Assembly: GCA_963677485.1 (NCBI GenBank)
Contig: OY781964.1
Coordinates: 3,200,001 to 3,264,000, forward strand
Direction: 5' to 3'
Origin: Armatimonadota bacterium
GTDB taxonomy: Bacteria; Armatimonadota; HRBIN16
DNA length: 64,000 bases
This document shows positions 30,784-39,817 of this stretch, piece after piece. The notes beneath the pieces were generated by a model. That model was not told the origin of the DNA. It saw nothing but the letters and a program-made list of their open reading frames with translations, and made no database searches. How positions within the stretch are numbered: the first letter of the stretch is position 1; the number at the start of each line of letters is the position of its first letter. Position numbers and translations under genes: made by a program.

Positions 30784-32223
30784 TCACACGATGTATTCCT
30801 CGCCGACACGGTAGATGCGCACGGCGTTGTTGTGCAGCATATCGGCGGCGGCCTGAAGCATCTGCTGGTGGCTGTATCCCAGCTGGCTGGCCTGCTGGGA
30901 TAGGGCTTCACCCAGGATATTCCTTGTGATCACGCCGCTGCCCACCGCCATTTCGACCGTGGTGCTGTCGTGCGAGCACATCAGCTTGTGTAACGGCACA
31001 TAGTTCAGCCACTTCTGGAAGCTTTCCTGCAGGAAACCCGGGTTCAGCCCGGGCTGCCAGCAGGTGTCGATCGCCATGTTGGGCGTAGTCTGCGCTAGAT
31101 AGCCGCACTCATTTTGAAAAGGCCAGTTGTGCAGCATCACGATGGTCACTTTCGGGTAGCGTGCCGCCAGGTTCTTCAAGGGCAGCGGGTTGCTCTGCGG
31201 CATGTTGTGCGTGCCGGTGTGGCACTGCAACGGCCACCCCCGCTCACTAGCCAGCTTGCAGCACTCATTCACAATCCAGTTCTGGAAGGTGCGCACCTCT
31301 GTCGGGCTGAGCTCCCCACGGAACTTCACCTCCGCGTCGCTGACCGCTTCGAAGTCGAGGTCACGGGTGTAAGCCTGCAACTGCTTGATACCGGTGTTTC
31401 GGAACTTCGTGCTTTGCTGGAAGATGGATTGCAGGAATGCTTGCCAGCTTGCGGCATCGGCGGGATCGACGCCGGTTTGTGCTGCCAGCCAGTCACGTGA
31501 TTTGTCGTTAGTTTTCCACATCTCGCAGAAGGGGTCGATGCGTAGGATGGTATTGGTGATGGCCATCTCGGCCGTGGCCGATTCGACGGTGTGTTGTTTG
31601 TAATAGAAGTCGGGATGCACCGGGCGGATCAGATGGCTGAAGCTGGCTTTCTTCATCGCTTGCGCGTACCACCCGAATATCTGCAGGTAGTTGCGGCCGA
31701 TCTGCTCATCGAGCTTTTCGATCTGCTCGGGTTTGGCGTGTTCGATGTCTACGCCATACAGCCGTTGAATACCCAGCCGGGTGCATTGGAAGGCACCCTG
31801 CAGTCGATGGTAGCGCAGAACGGGTTGCAGCACCTCCATTTGCCGCGCTGGAGCCTTGCTGGCCACCTCCAGAACGTTGTCAAAGCCAAACGTCTTGGCC
31901 ACCAGATTGGGTTCCGAGCCGCTGCTCCACACAAACCCGCCAAAATAGGCGTCAAGAATCAAATGCATCAGGTGGACGGGTTGATTGGGCAGCATCCCGC
32001 GCACGATGTCGGCTGGGAAACCGCCTTCGGTTTGGTCGAAAACCGTGATGCTGCCCCAGTGCTCGTGTGCGCAAAAGTTGGGGATGCGGCTGATATCTAG
32101 CTTGTTCATTTGTGACCCTCCAGATTTGATGTATGGGGTTGCTGCTGCGGTGGGCAAGGGGGATAATGCTGCCATCGCCGAGAGTCCGCTACTGTATATA
32201 AACTGTTTGCGTGTGAGTTTCAT
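30784..32223 (-). CDS. Amidohydrolase-superfamily metalloenzyme with Tat-like signal
   Basis: LTRKQF leader; CAHEH, QCHTG, MLHN, DTCW and SHDS metal motifs; NA.RIY end. Confidence 0.75.
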   Translation of the reverse strand: MKLTRKQFIYSSGLSAMAALSPLPTAAATPYIKSGGSQMNKLDISRIPNFCAHEHWGSITVFDQTEGGFPADIVRGMLPNQPVHLMHLILDAYFGGFVWSSGSEPNLVAKTFGFDNVLEVASKAPARQMEVLQPVLRYHRLQGAFQCTRLGIQRLYGVDIEHAKPEQIEKLDEQIGRNYLQIFGWYAQAMKKASFSHLIRPVHPDFYYKQHTVESATAEMAITNTILRIDPFCEMWKTNDKSRDWLAAQTGVDPADAASWQAFLQSIFQQSTKFRNTGIKQLQAYTRDLDFEAVSDAEVKFRGELSPTEVRTFQNWIVNECCKLASERGWPLQCHTGTHNMPQSNPLPLKNLAARYPKVTIVMLHNWPFQNECGYLAQTTPNMAIDTCWQPGLNPGFLQESFQKWLNYVPLHKLMCSHDSTTVEMAVGSGVITRNILGEALSQQASQLGYSHQQMLQAAADMLHNNAVRIYRVGEEYIV

Positions 32224-32232
32224 GCTGCGTTC

Positions 32233-33144
32233 CTATTTGATATCACCCCGCTGCACATCGCGAAGGGCCATCAGGGCTGCTGCCTGTGCGGGTGGCATCA
32301 CTACCTGATGCACATCCGCCTTCAGATAAGCACCCGCAAACGCCTTTTGGATGGGATCGATCACCCGGTGTCCGCTTTGGAACACCCCTCCGCTCAGCAC
32401 CACAGGGAAGGCATCATCGGGTTGGAACAACCGACCGGCTACGTAGAGCGCGTCGGAAGCCAGACTCTCGCCGGCTTCCCGCATGATGCGCTGAGCCACC
32501 TCATCGCCCGCATCGGCCAGCCTCGATACCACTGCACTGAAGCCGGCAAACTCGTGCCGCATGATGGTCTGGTGACTGAGCGCAGTCGGCATGGCCCAAA
32601 GGCTCTGGATGTTGAAATATTTCAGCAGCTCCGGCAGCAGTTCGGTCATCGGGCCGCGGCCATCGTTCGCCCGTACCGCTGCCTTAAAAGCCTGCACGGC
32701 GATGTCGGTGGCTCCACCCTCATCACCAAGGGTCATTCCCCATCCACCGACCCCAACATGGTTTTCCAGGCCGTTCCAGCCAAACACGCCGCTTCCGGTC
32801 CCGGCGATGACGGCGATGCCCCGTGGCTCCAGATCGCCTCCAGCCGCCAAAGCGCACAGATATTCGCCCACTCCAGACAGATGCGCGTGAGGGAAATACT
32901 GCGACAACAGCTCATCAAACTCATGCCCCACCATCACGGTGTATACGCATGATACCTCATCCATATGATGGAACAGATGGTTGATTTCAAGCAGAACCTG
33001 TGATAGGTTCCGGTGGCATTGCTCTTTGGGTATGAAGCAGGCATTCATGCCGCCGCCCCGGGTTTGAGCCACCACCTGACCCGCGTTGTCGACCACGACC
33101 AACTCTGTCTTTGTCCCGCCGCCATCGATACCCACGGTATACAT
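32233..33144 (-). CDS. BadF/BadG/BcrA/BcrD-type ATPase, N-acetylglucosamine kinase-like
   Basis: GIDGGGTKT, IAGTGS, GGWG..LGDEG, LSGGVF. The ATG at 33144 is preceded by AGGTG. Confidence 0.88.
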   Translation of the reverse strand: MYTVGIDGGGTKTELVVVDNAGQVVAQTRGGGMNACFIPKEQCHRNLSQVLLEINHLFHHMDEVSCVYTVMVGHEFDELLSQYFPHAHLSGVGEYLCALAAGGDLEPRGIAVIAGTGSGVFGWNGLENHVGVGGWGMTLGDEGGATDIAVQAFKAAVRANDGRGPMTELLPELLKYFNIQSLWAMPTALSHQTIMRHEFAGFSAVVSRLADAGDEVAQRIMREAGESLASDALYVAGRLFQPDDAFPVVLSGGVFQSGHRVIDPIQKAFAGAYLKADVHQVVMPPAQAAALMALRDVQRGDIK

Positions 33145-33472
33145 ATTCTTAAAACACCTGCCTGACATGTTGGTTACTGAAACTGGTTTAGAATGGCACG
33201 TCGCGCCGTATTGTTGGCTTTTGGTTTCGGTGACCATGTTAGGTGTAGCGTAGTGGAGCGCAGATGTCAAGCCCAGCTCTTCACGGGCGCGCCCATCGTG
33301 CCTCCACTATGTGAAAAACCCGCACTGCTGTAAAAACTAGTAGAAATGACAGAAAAATGATGTTTAAAAAGCGTACTGATTCTGGATAGTAGAAAGTATG
33401 ATTTATACAAGTCAGAAGGCATAAGCTTTTTGCGCTTGTACCACCAATATCTACACAGGAGTGAGATCATCA

Positions 33473-34183
33473 ATGCGACATTGGATACTGTTTTTGCTGT
33501 TTGTTCCCTACGTAATATCCTCCACCACACACGCCGCCGATTTTGAGAGTACCTGGCGTGTTGAGTTTCAAAACGTGACCGACCCATCAGCGAGCTTCGA
33601 TGCCGGCACCAACACTTACAGCATTGGATCAGGGCAACAATTCCGAGCCAATGTGTTTGTGAATTCTACCCAAGCCTTCGATGGACTAAACCTGACCTTT
33701 GGCTGGGGTAGTGCTGAGAGTAAGGGCGAAGAGGCTACCAATCTCGATAACTCCTTCACCATGAACAGCGTGAGCATAGATGACGGCAAGCTGTTTGACA
33801 CTGACGGAATACCTGCGACACTAGGCGGTTTCAAGCAGATCGGTGATGTAGACACAGGACTACGTCCATACGGCTACTACTTGACACTGTTAAAATTGGA
33901 TGGGACGATCGCCGCAGATACGGACGTCAAGATTGCCTCGTTCTTGTTTACGAACAATCTGGCTCATGGGGGCAGCGGTTCGCTAGTGTTATGGGATGCA
34001 GGCTCGGGCACAAGCTGGACCAGTCAGTTGCTAGATCATTCCTTGAACGGCAGCCGTCCGAAGGGTGGCTCTCAGAGCTACAATATCAACTCTGTACCGG
34101 AACCGGGCAGCCTCATAGCGATGGGTTGTGCCGGGATGGGCGTGCTGTTTAGTATGCGTAGGCAGCGTCGGAAGGGGGCGTGA
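33473..34183 (+). CDS. PEP-CTERM sorting-domain surface protein
   Basis: Signal peptide; C-terminal VPEPGS, a hydrophobic helix and RRQRRK. Confidence 0.88.
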   Translation: MRHWILFLLFVPYVISSTTHAADFESTWRVEFQNVTDPSASFDAGTNTYSIGSGQQFRANVFVNSTQAFDGLNLTFGWGSAESKGEEATNLDNSFTMNSVSIDDGKLFDTDGIPATLGGFKQIGDVDTGLRPYGYYLTLLKLDGTIAADTDVKIASFLFTNNLAHGGSGSLVLWDAGSGTSWTSQLLDHSLNGSRPKGGSQSYNINSVPEPGSLIAMGCAGMGVLFSMRRQRRKGA

Positions 34184-34209
34184 TGACGTAAAAATCATAA
34201 ATATACATG

Positions 34210-35008
34210 TGCCGGTGGTGTGTATCGTAACTGCTCATCCACATTGCCGCGGGTTTAGTCACCTCATGGGACTGCGTCCCTGAATGGGGTTCCCTCACCG
34301 CGCGTCTAGGTATTTGCAACCCGTAAGTGGGCGCAGGGTGCCTTCCGCCAGCGCCCGCAGGAGCGAAGCGACGCGGGCAGCCATCTGATCAGCGACGGGT
34401 GATGGAGCCCCTTGGGGCGATGGAACCCGTCGACGCGGGGTATGTCAACCTGGGTCGCAGGAGAAGGGCGAATTGCGAATCGCGCTGGGCCACCGAACCC
34501 GTCGCCAAGTGCCGGCAGCGTGTATCGTAACTGATCAGCCACGTTGCCGCGGGTTTAGTCACCCCATAAATGGGGTTCCCTCACCGCGCGTCTAGGTATA
34601 TGCAGCCCGCAAGCGGGCGCAGGGTGCCCTCAGCGAGCGCCCGCAGGAGCAAAGCGACGCGGGCAGTCATTTGATCAGCGACGGGTGATGGAGCCCCCTG
34701 GGGCGATGGAATCCGTCGACACGGGCATGCCAACCTGGGTCGCAGGTTACCAGCCGCATAGCCGCGGGTTTGGTTACCCCACGGGACTGCGTCCCTGAAT
34801 GGGGTTCCCTCACCGCGCGTTTAGGTAGTCGCAGCCCGCAATCGGGCGCATGAAGCTGTCCGCCCGCGCACGCAGGAGCGAAGCGACGCGGGGAGCCATT
34901 TGATCAGCGACGGGTGATGGAGCCCCCTGGGGCGATAGAACCCGTCGACAGGGGCATGCCAACCTGGGTCGCAGGTTACCAGCCACGTTGCCGCGGGTTT
35001 AGTTACCC
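34210..35008. repeat. Tandem array of three 215-300-bp structured repeat units, family D
   Basis: The motif gccgcgggttt(a/g)gt(c/t)acc occurs at 34246, 34546, 34761 and 34990, and the units are homologous throughout. A partial copy lies at 48896-49035. Confidence 0.8.
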
Positions 35009-35956
35009 TATCTGGCGCACAAAACATCTCTCTACCAGCGACAGCACGTCGGCCATCCCAGGCATCTGTTGCGCGGGGGTGCAGGCTCTGGCTGCGGCCG
35101 CTGCACAGGCCCACTGCAGTTTTTCGGGTGCGGACATCCCCATGCTGTGTGCCATCAAGAAGCCTGCCAGCGCACTGTCACCACAGCCTACGCTGCTATG
35201 AAGCTCGATAGGAATAGAAGGACAATGCCAGCAACCACTGGCACAGGCTAGTACCATGCCGGCGGCACCCATCGTGGCCATCACATATTCAGTCTGCTCG
35301 TTGACGAGTTGAGATGCTAGATCGGCGGCATCGTCAGGGGTGCGTGGTGTATGCCCGGTAAGCTGTGTCAGCTCATCAAGATTTGGCTTCAACATCCAGG
35401 GCTTGGCGGCAGCGCCTTCACGCAGCATCTCTCCGCTAGCGTCCAGCACCACACGGATAGGGGTGTTCTGCAGGGCAGTGATGACCTGTGCGTAATAGCT
35501 GTCTGGGATGCCACGGCAGGCACTTCCGCTCAGCACGATGGTCTTGTAGCGGATGCACAGCTCGGTGAGTTTCTGCTTGAGCTGGTCTATCTGTTCTGCG
35601 CTGACCTCAGGGCCAAGCTCATTAAGCTCCGTCAGCGAGCCCGTGGCGGGGTCGCTGATCTTCAGACAGAGCCGGGTTTCGCCATGGTCCAGCCACACGG
35701 CATCGTATTCCACGCCTTGCTGCAGTGCACGATCCGCTACATACCGGCCGTTATCGCCCGCCAGAAATCCTGTGGCTTTGCTGCGTCCGCCCATGGCGAC
35801 CAACAACAGCGACACGTTAAGGCCTTTTCCACCGGCTCGCACACTGAAGTCTGCGCAGCGGTGCAGCTCACCCGGTTGGAAATTGGGCACGATATATGTT
35901 CTATCAATGGATGGGTTTAATGTGACAGTCAAAACTCGGATGGGTGTGAAGCTCAT
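35003..35956 (-). CDS. 1-phosphofructokinase-family (PfkB) hexose kinase
   Basis: TVTLNPSID, AGGKGLNVS, LSGS, LDASG, KPNLDEL, SSVGCGDSALAGF. The ATG at 35956 follows GAGGTG. Confidence 0.9.
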   Translation of the reverse strand: MSFTPIRVLTVTLNPSIDRTYIVPNFQPGELHRCADFSVRAGGKGLNVSLLLVAMGGRSKATGFLAGDNGRYVADRALQQGVEYDAVWLDHGETRLCLKISDPATGSLTELNELGPEVSAEQIDQLKQKLTELCIRYKTIVLSGSACRGIPDSYYAQVITALQNTPIRVVLDASGEMLREGAAAKPWMLKPNLDELTQLTGHTPRTPDDAADLASQLVNEQTEYVMATMGAAGMVLACASGCWHCPSIPIELHSSVGCGDSALAGFLMAHSMGMSAPEKLQWACAAAAARACTPAQQMPGMADVLSLVERCFVRQIG

Positions 35957-36027
35957 GAAACACCTCGATTTACGCTTTACCGGTGTCTTCATTTTACCGC
36001 GAACAATATTGTACTTGTGCAAAATGG

Positions 36028-36054
36028 TGAAACCTTGAGAGCTGCCAGTCGTCT
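36028..36054 (+). promoter_or_regulatory. Putative ECF sigma promoter TGAAAC-N16-CGTCT
   Basis: Same motif and spacing as 9249-9275, upstream of a secreted protein. Confidence 0.55.
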
Positions 36055-36078
36055 CAACCTAATGGAGGACCACGCTAA

Positions 36079-36732
36079 ATGAGACGACTTTTTGCTATTA
36101 TCTTGGCTACAATCGCTGCCAGTACGGCGATGGCTCAGATTACCCCATCACCGGATATGATCAACCGCATCAGCCTGCAGACACTGTCTGATCCTGCGAT
36201 TCAAAGAGAGATTAAGTTCACAGATCAGCAGAAGCTGAGCCTTACTCGGCTTCAAAAGGTTTTCCAGGATGAGATGGTAGAACGTAATCGTGAAGCCGTT
36301 GACCTTTCCTTTCAGGAACGTCTGGCCATGATTAACGAGCTGACTTATTACATGGATATCGAAGTGCGGAAGATACTGACCAAAACGCAGATCACGCGAC
36401 TAAGCCAGATACGGATGCAGGCTCAGGGGCCATTCGCGCTGGGTATCACGGAAGTCCAGGTCTCCCTACAGCTCACTAAGGAGCAGCGAGAACAAGTTAA
36501 CGGCTTGATCTCTGCATACACCATAGAGCAAGAGGAACTATTCAAAAAGGTTCAGGCTGGCGAAGCCAAAGTCATGACGAGTGAAGAGCGTACCACACGG
36601 CGGGCTAAGCTTGATAATGATCTGCTGTCTGTGTTAACCCCTGCACAGGTCACGGCTTACACAAAACTTCAAGGAACTCCATACATTGATGGGACGAAAA
36701 AACCAGCGCCTGTCAATAAGCCCAAATCGTAA
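36079..36732 (+). CDS. Secreted helical protein with LTxxQ-like motifs (Spy/CpxP-like)
   Basis: Signal peptide; FTDQQ, LTKTQ, LTKEQ and LTPAQ motifs. Confidence 0.65.
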   Translation: MRRLFAIILATIAASTAMAQITPSPDMINRISLQTLSDPAIQREIKFTDQQKLSLTRLQKVFQDEMVERNREAVDLSFQERLAMINELTYYMDIEVRKILTKTQITRLSQIRMQAQGPFALGITEVQVSLQLTKEQREQVNGLISAYTIEQEELFKKVQAGEAKVMTSEERTTRRAKLDNDLLSVLTPAQVTAYTKLQGTPYIDGTKKPAPVNKPKS

Positions 36733-36749
36733 TTATCCTCCCAGAGTTA

Positions 36750-36773
36750 ACCGGCGCAGGCAACTGCGCCGGT
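36750..36773 (+). terminator. Hairpin/terminator
   Basis: accggcgcag-gcaa-ctgcgccggt with a GNRA loop. Confidence 0.55.
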
Positions 36774-36858
36774 GGCAATATCGCCTCACAAAAACACATT
36801 CAGTATCCTTACTCTAGCGATGACGCACATACGCTACTATGACATATCGAGGTATGGT

Positions 36859-39318
36859 ATGAATCGAAATCTTGGAATCGCCGTCGCGAGCATTATGATG
36901 ACCGGTCTTTGCGGTGTTACACAGTCGGCACCGGCACCTTCCACAACCGTGGACAGTTACGAGACGATAGCTAAGATGGGTCAGGGATTTATCATTTGGG
37001 AGTCCAACCGATCAGGTTCATGGAGACTTTGGCGAATCGGCCTTGATGGAAAGGGCTTGAAGCAGATCAGCCCCGATGAATCAGCACGCGATCACTACTG
37101 CCCCCACATATCACCCAATGGCCGCAAGGTCGTCTACCTAAGCTACCCTAAAGGTCAAGATGGATACCATGCATATAATGTGAACAAACCGGCACCCATG
37201 CACATCATGAATACCGATGGTACAGGCGACCGCGTGATTTTGCCCAGCGCGCGTGCCTATAGTGAGGACCGTGCGGTGGTGTGGGTGGATGACGATACGT
37301 TTCACTACATCAATGGAGATGGCATCAGCAGCGAATATCATCTGTCGACTGGCCGTAGCGTGCCACTGTCTAAGCAGAGCATTGAGGGCGGTGGATGGCT
37401 GATCAATGCGCAAAGAAACTTTGCTGTGCCAGGCTCACCGGTATTCAGTCGGTATGATCCTACCACCCAGACCATCAAAGTGGGGAAAGAGTTCGATGGC
37501 TGTCAGCCATATTTCAGTGCTGATGGTAAGTGGGGCTTCTGGATGGGTGGCGCAGGCGGTCCTATTAACCGCTATGATCTGGCTACCGGGAATGTGTCGA
37601 AAGTGTTGTCAAATAATGACCCTCGTATGCCAAAAGAGCGAAACTACCTATACTTTCCTATGCTGTCTCGAAACGGACGTTTACTGGCGTTCGGGGCATC
37701 ACCTGGCCAGCATGATCACTTCACTGCTGACTATGATATCTTTGTAGCACGCACCGATCCGGCTACATTTGAAGTGATCGGCACACCGGTTCGGTATAGC
37801 TTCGATCCTGCCTGTGACCGCTTTCCGGATGTCTATGTGTCCGACCTGGATCTAGGTAGCCATCAGGGAGAGGCGCCCTATACGATGCAGCTCAAAGCTC
37901 CGGCAGGCGTGACCATAGCCAACTGGAGTTTTGGCGATGGTTCTAAAGGAACTGGCACTGTGGTGAAGCACACCTACACCAAAGCTGGCAATTATTCACT
38001 AGAGATATACGGCAAAGATCGCAGCTATTTCGGTGAGGTCAGCGTGGCGCCAGCCTCTGCACCCACAGTAACAGCCGTGGCTTTGCGTGGCAGTAACAAG
38101 GTGAGTGTGAGCTTTTCGGAGCCTGTGGTGACCGCCAAAGCGAAGTTCATTCTAGACGGTAAACAAGCCAAAACTGTGGTTCCAGACCGTGACGGCATGG
38201 GTGTGGAACTGAGTTTTGCTGCAAACATCACCAAGGTGGCCACACTGCGAATGGAGGGCGTCCGTGACCGGGCTCAGGTGCCCAATGTCATGACGGCTCA
38301 GCAGCTTGTGGTGCAGCCTCACCAATGGCCTATAGACCCCAAGTCTGTAGTGTTGATCTGGGATGACGTGAAGAAAGGGTGTATCGCGGCAGGCGATGTC
38401 GGCTGCCAAACGCAGGCGGTGGGACGTGCTTTCCCTGACCGTAATAATGCGATGCAGACCTCAGGCGGGCACTTCAACATCACGGGTGCAGATGATATTC
38501 TGCTCAAAGCACTGAAGCAAAGCGGTAAAATGACAGTAGAGGCCGTGCTGACGACGCCTGATGCCAACCAGTCGGGGCCGGCCAGAATCATCTCGTTCTC
38601 CTCCGATGCTTCCTCCCGCAACTTCACCATCGGGCAGCAGGGTAACCTGCTGGTGCTTAGGCTGCGCACACCCGAAACCGGTGAGAACGGCACTGATCCC
38701 GAGATCGAATTGGCGGCGATACAGCCTAACCGCCCCACACATATCATGTTGTGCTACTCTCCCGGTTCACTGCAGTTCTATGTGGATGGTAAGTTGAGCC
38801 TGAACAGCAACCTTGTGCAGGGTGACTTCAGCAACTGGAGCGCCCACCACCTGATCCTGGGTGATGAATGGGTTGGCAACCGCGTCTGGAAGGGTACCAT
38901 CAGCGGACTGGCCATATATAACCAAAAATACGGAGCCAGCCAGGCAGCACGCAGCTACGAGAGTTACCGTGCTCTGCACCCAGTCAAGCCAGCGAACACT
39001 GTTAAACTAACCGCAAAACTGCTGAGCAGCTCCAAAACACCTACGCTGTCCGAGATTGTCCCATACCGCGAGGGACTCGTGACCAGCCTGTACGAGGTGC
39101 TGTCGGTACAGCAGGGTCAATGCGAGGCGAAACAGATTGTGGTGGTGCAGTGGGCAATTGTGGGCGGCCAGGAACTGAACAATATGCCAGCGGTCAACTC
39201 GCAGCAGACGCTGGTCTTGGAGCCGTATGCAGAAAACCCGCAGCTAGAAGGCCTCTACATGTCTGACACCATCAATGCGGATCCAACGATCCCGTTGTTC
39301 TTTGCACCTTCATTATAG
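36859..39318 (+). CDS. Secreted TolB-like propeller + PKD + LamG-like jelly-roll protein, paralog 1
   Basis: WESNRSG.W.LW and P.ISPNGR.VVY (PD40-like); WSFGDG....G..V.HTY..AG.Y (PKD); GPARIISFS...RNFTIGQ (LamG-like). The ATG at 36859 follows GAGGT. Confidence 0.75.
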   Translation: MNRNLGIAVASIMMTGLCGVTQSAPAPSTTVDSYETIAKMGQGFIIWESNRSGSWRLWRIGLDGKGLKQISPDESARDHYCPHISPNGRKVVYLSYPKGQDGYHAYNVNKPAPMHIMNTDGTGDRVILPSARAYSEDRAVVWVDDDTFHYINGDGISSEYHLSTGRSVPLSKQSIEGGGWLINAQRNFAVPGSPVFSRYDPTTQTIKVGKEFDGCQPYFSADGKWGFWMGGAGGPINRYDLATGNVSKVLSNNDPRMPKERNYLYFPMLSRNGRLLAFGASPGQHDHFTADYDIFVARTDPATFEVIGTPVRYSFDPACDRFPDVYVSDLDLGSHQGEAPYTMQLKAPAGVTIANWSFGDGSKGTGTVVKHTYTKAGNYSLEIYGKDRSYFGEVSVAPASAPTVTAVALRGSNKVSVSFSEPVVTAKAKFILDGKQAKTVVPDRDGMGVELSFAANITKVATLRMEGVRDRAQVPNVMTAQQLVVQPHQWPIDPKSVVLIWDDVKKGCIAAGDVGCQTQAVGRAFPDRNNAMQTSGGHFNITGADDILLKALKQSGKMTVEAVLTTPDANQSGPARIISFSSDASSRNFTIGQQGNLLVLRLRTPETGENGTDPEIELAAIQPNRPTHIMLCYSPGSLQFYVDGKLSLNSNLVQGDFSNWSAHHLILGDEWVGNRVWKGTISGLAIYNQKYGASQAARSYESYRALHPVKPANTVKLTAKLLSSSKTPTLSEIVPYREGLVTSLYEVLSVQQGQCEAKQIVVVQWAIVGGQELNNMPAVNSQQTLVLEPYAENPQLEGLYMSDTINADPTIPLFFAPSL

Positions 39319-39517
39319 GCCGAAATAGGGTATGGTTAATAAGTAATACCGCGCTATCCGAGTCGGACACTGCCCCCGCCACCAGGTGAGGGGCAGTGGT
39401 GTTCCAAAAATCAAACAATGGGTATATGGCCTCCGATTCCGCGACATAGATGTCTCGGCTATTGATCAACAAGCAACCGTCGGTGCTGGCACGGCAGCCT
39501 ATACCGTAACGGATACG

Positions 39518-39604
39518 GTCGTAGGGGCGTCCCTTGTGGGTGCCCTAAACACGAATTATCGAATGAACAACGATTAGGGCGCCCACAAGGGACGCGCCTG
39601 CGGC
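39518..39604. repeat. Family A REP-like element
   Basis: Reverse-complement copy of 4645-4731. Confidence 0.75.
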
Positions 39605-39817
39605 CAGCTACAGGGCTTCGCCCTGTAAGTGTGCTGCTGATGCAGACGGCTTTTAGCCGGCTTTTCGGATAATAAGCCGTGTCCTTCAGGGCGCGGCGGT
39701 GAGCATTTGATTTGTGGGTAATAAGCTGTCCGTCAGGTGAGGGGCAGTAGTTTATCAATATGCAACTAGTCAGCAATCCGCATACATTGATATCGCGATA
39801 AGACCCCGGAGGTATGA

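Noticed and set aside
34210-35008. CRISPR array
   Set aside because: The sequences between the conserved motifs are 200-300 bp long and homologous to each other, and there are no cas genes in the window.
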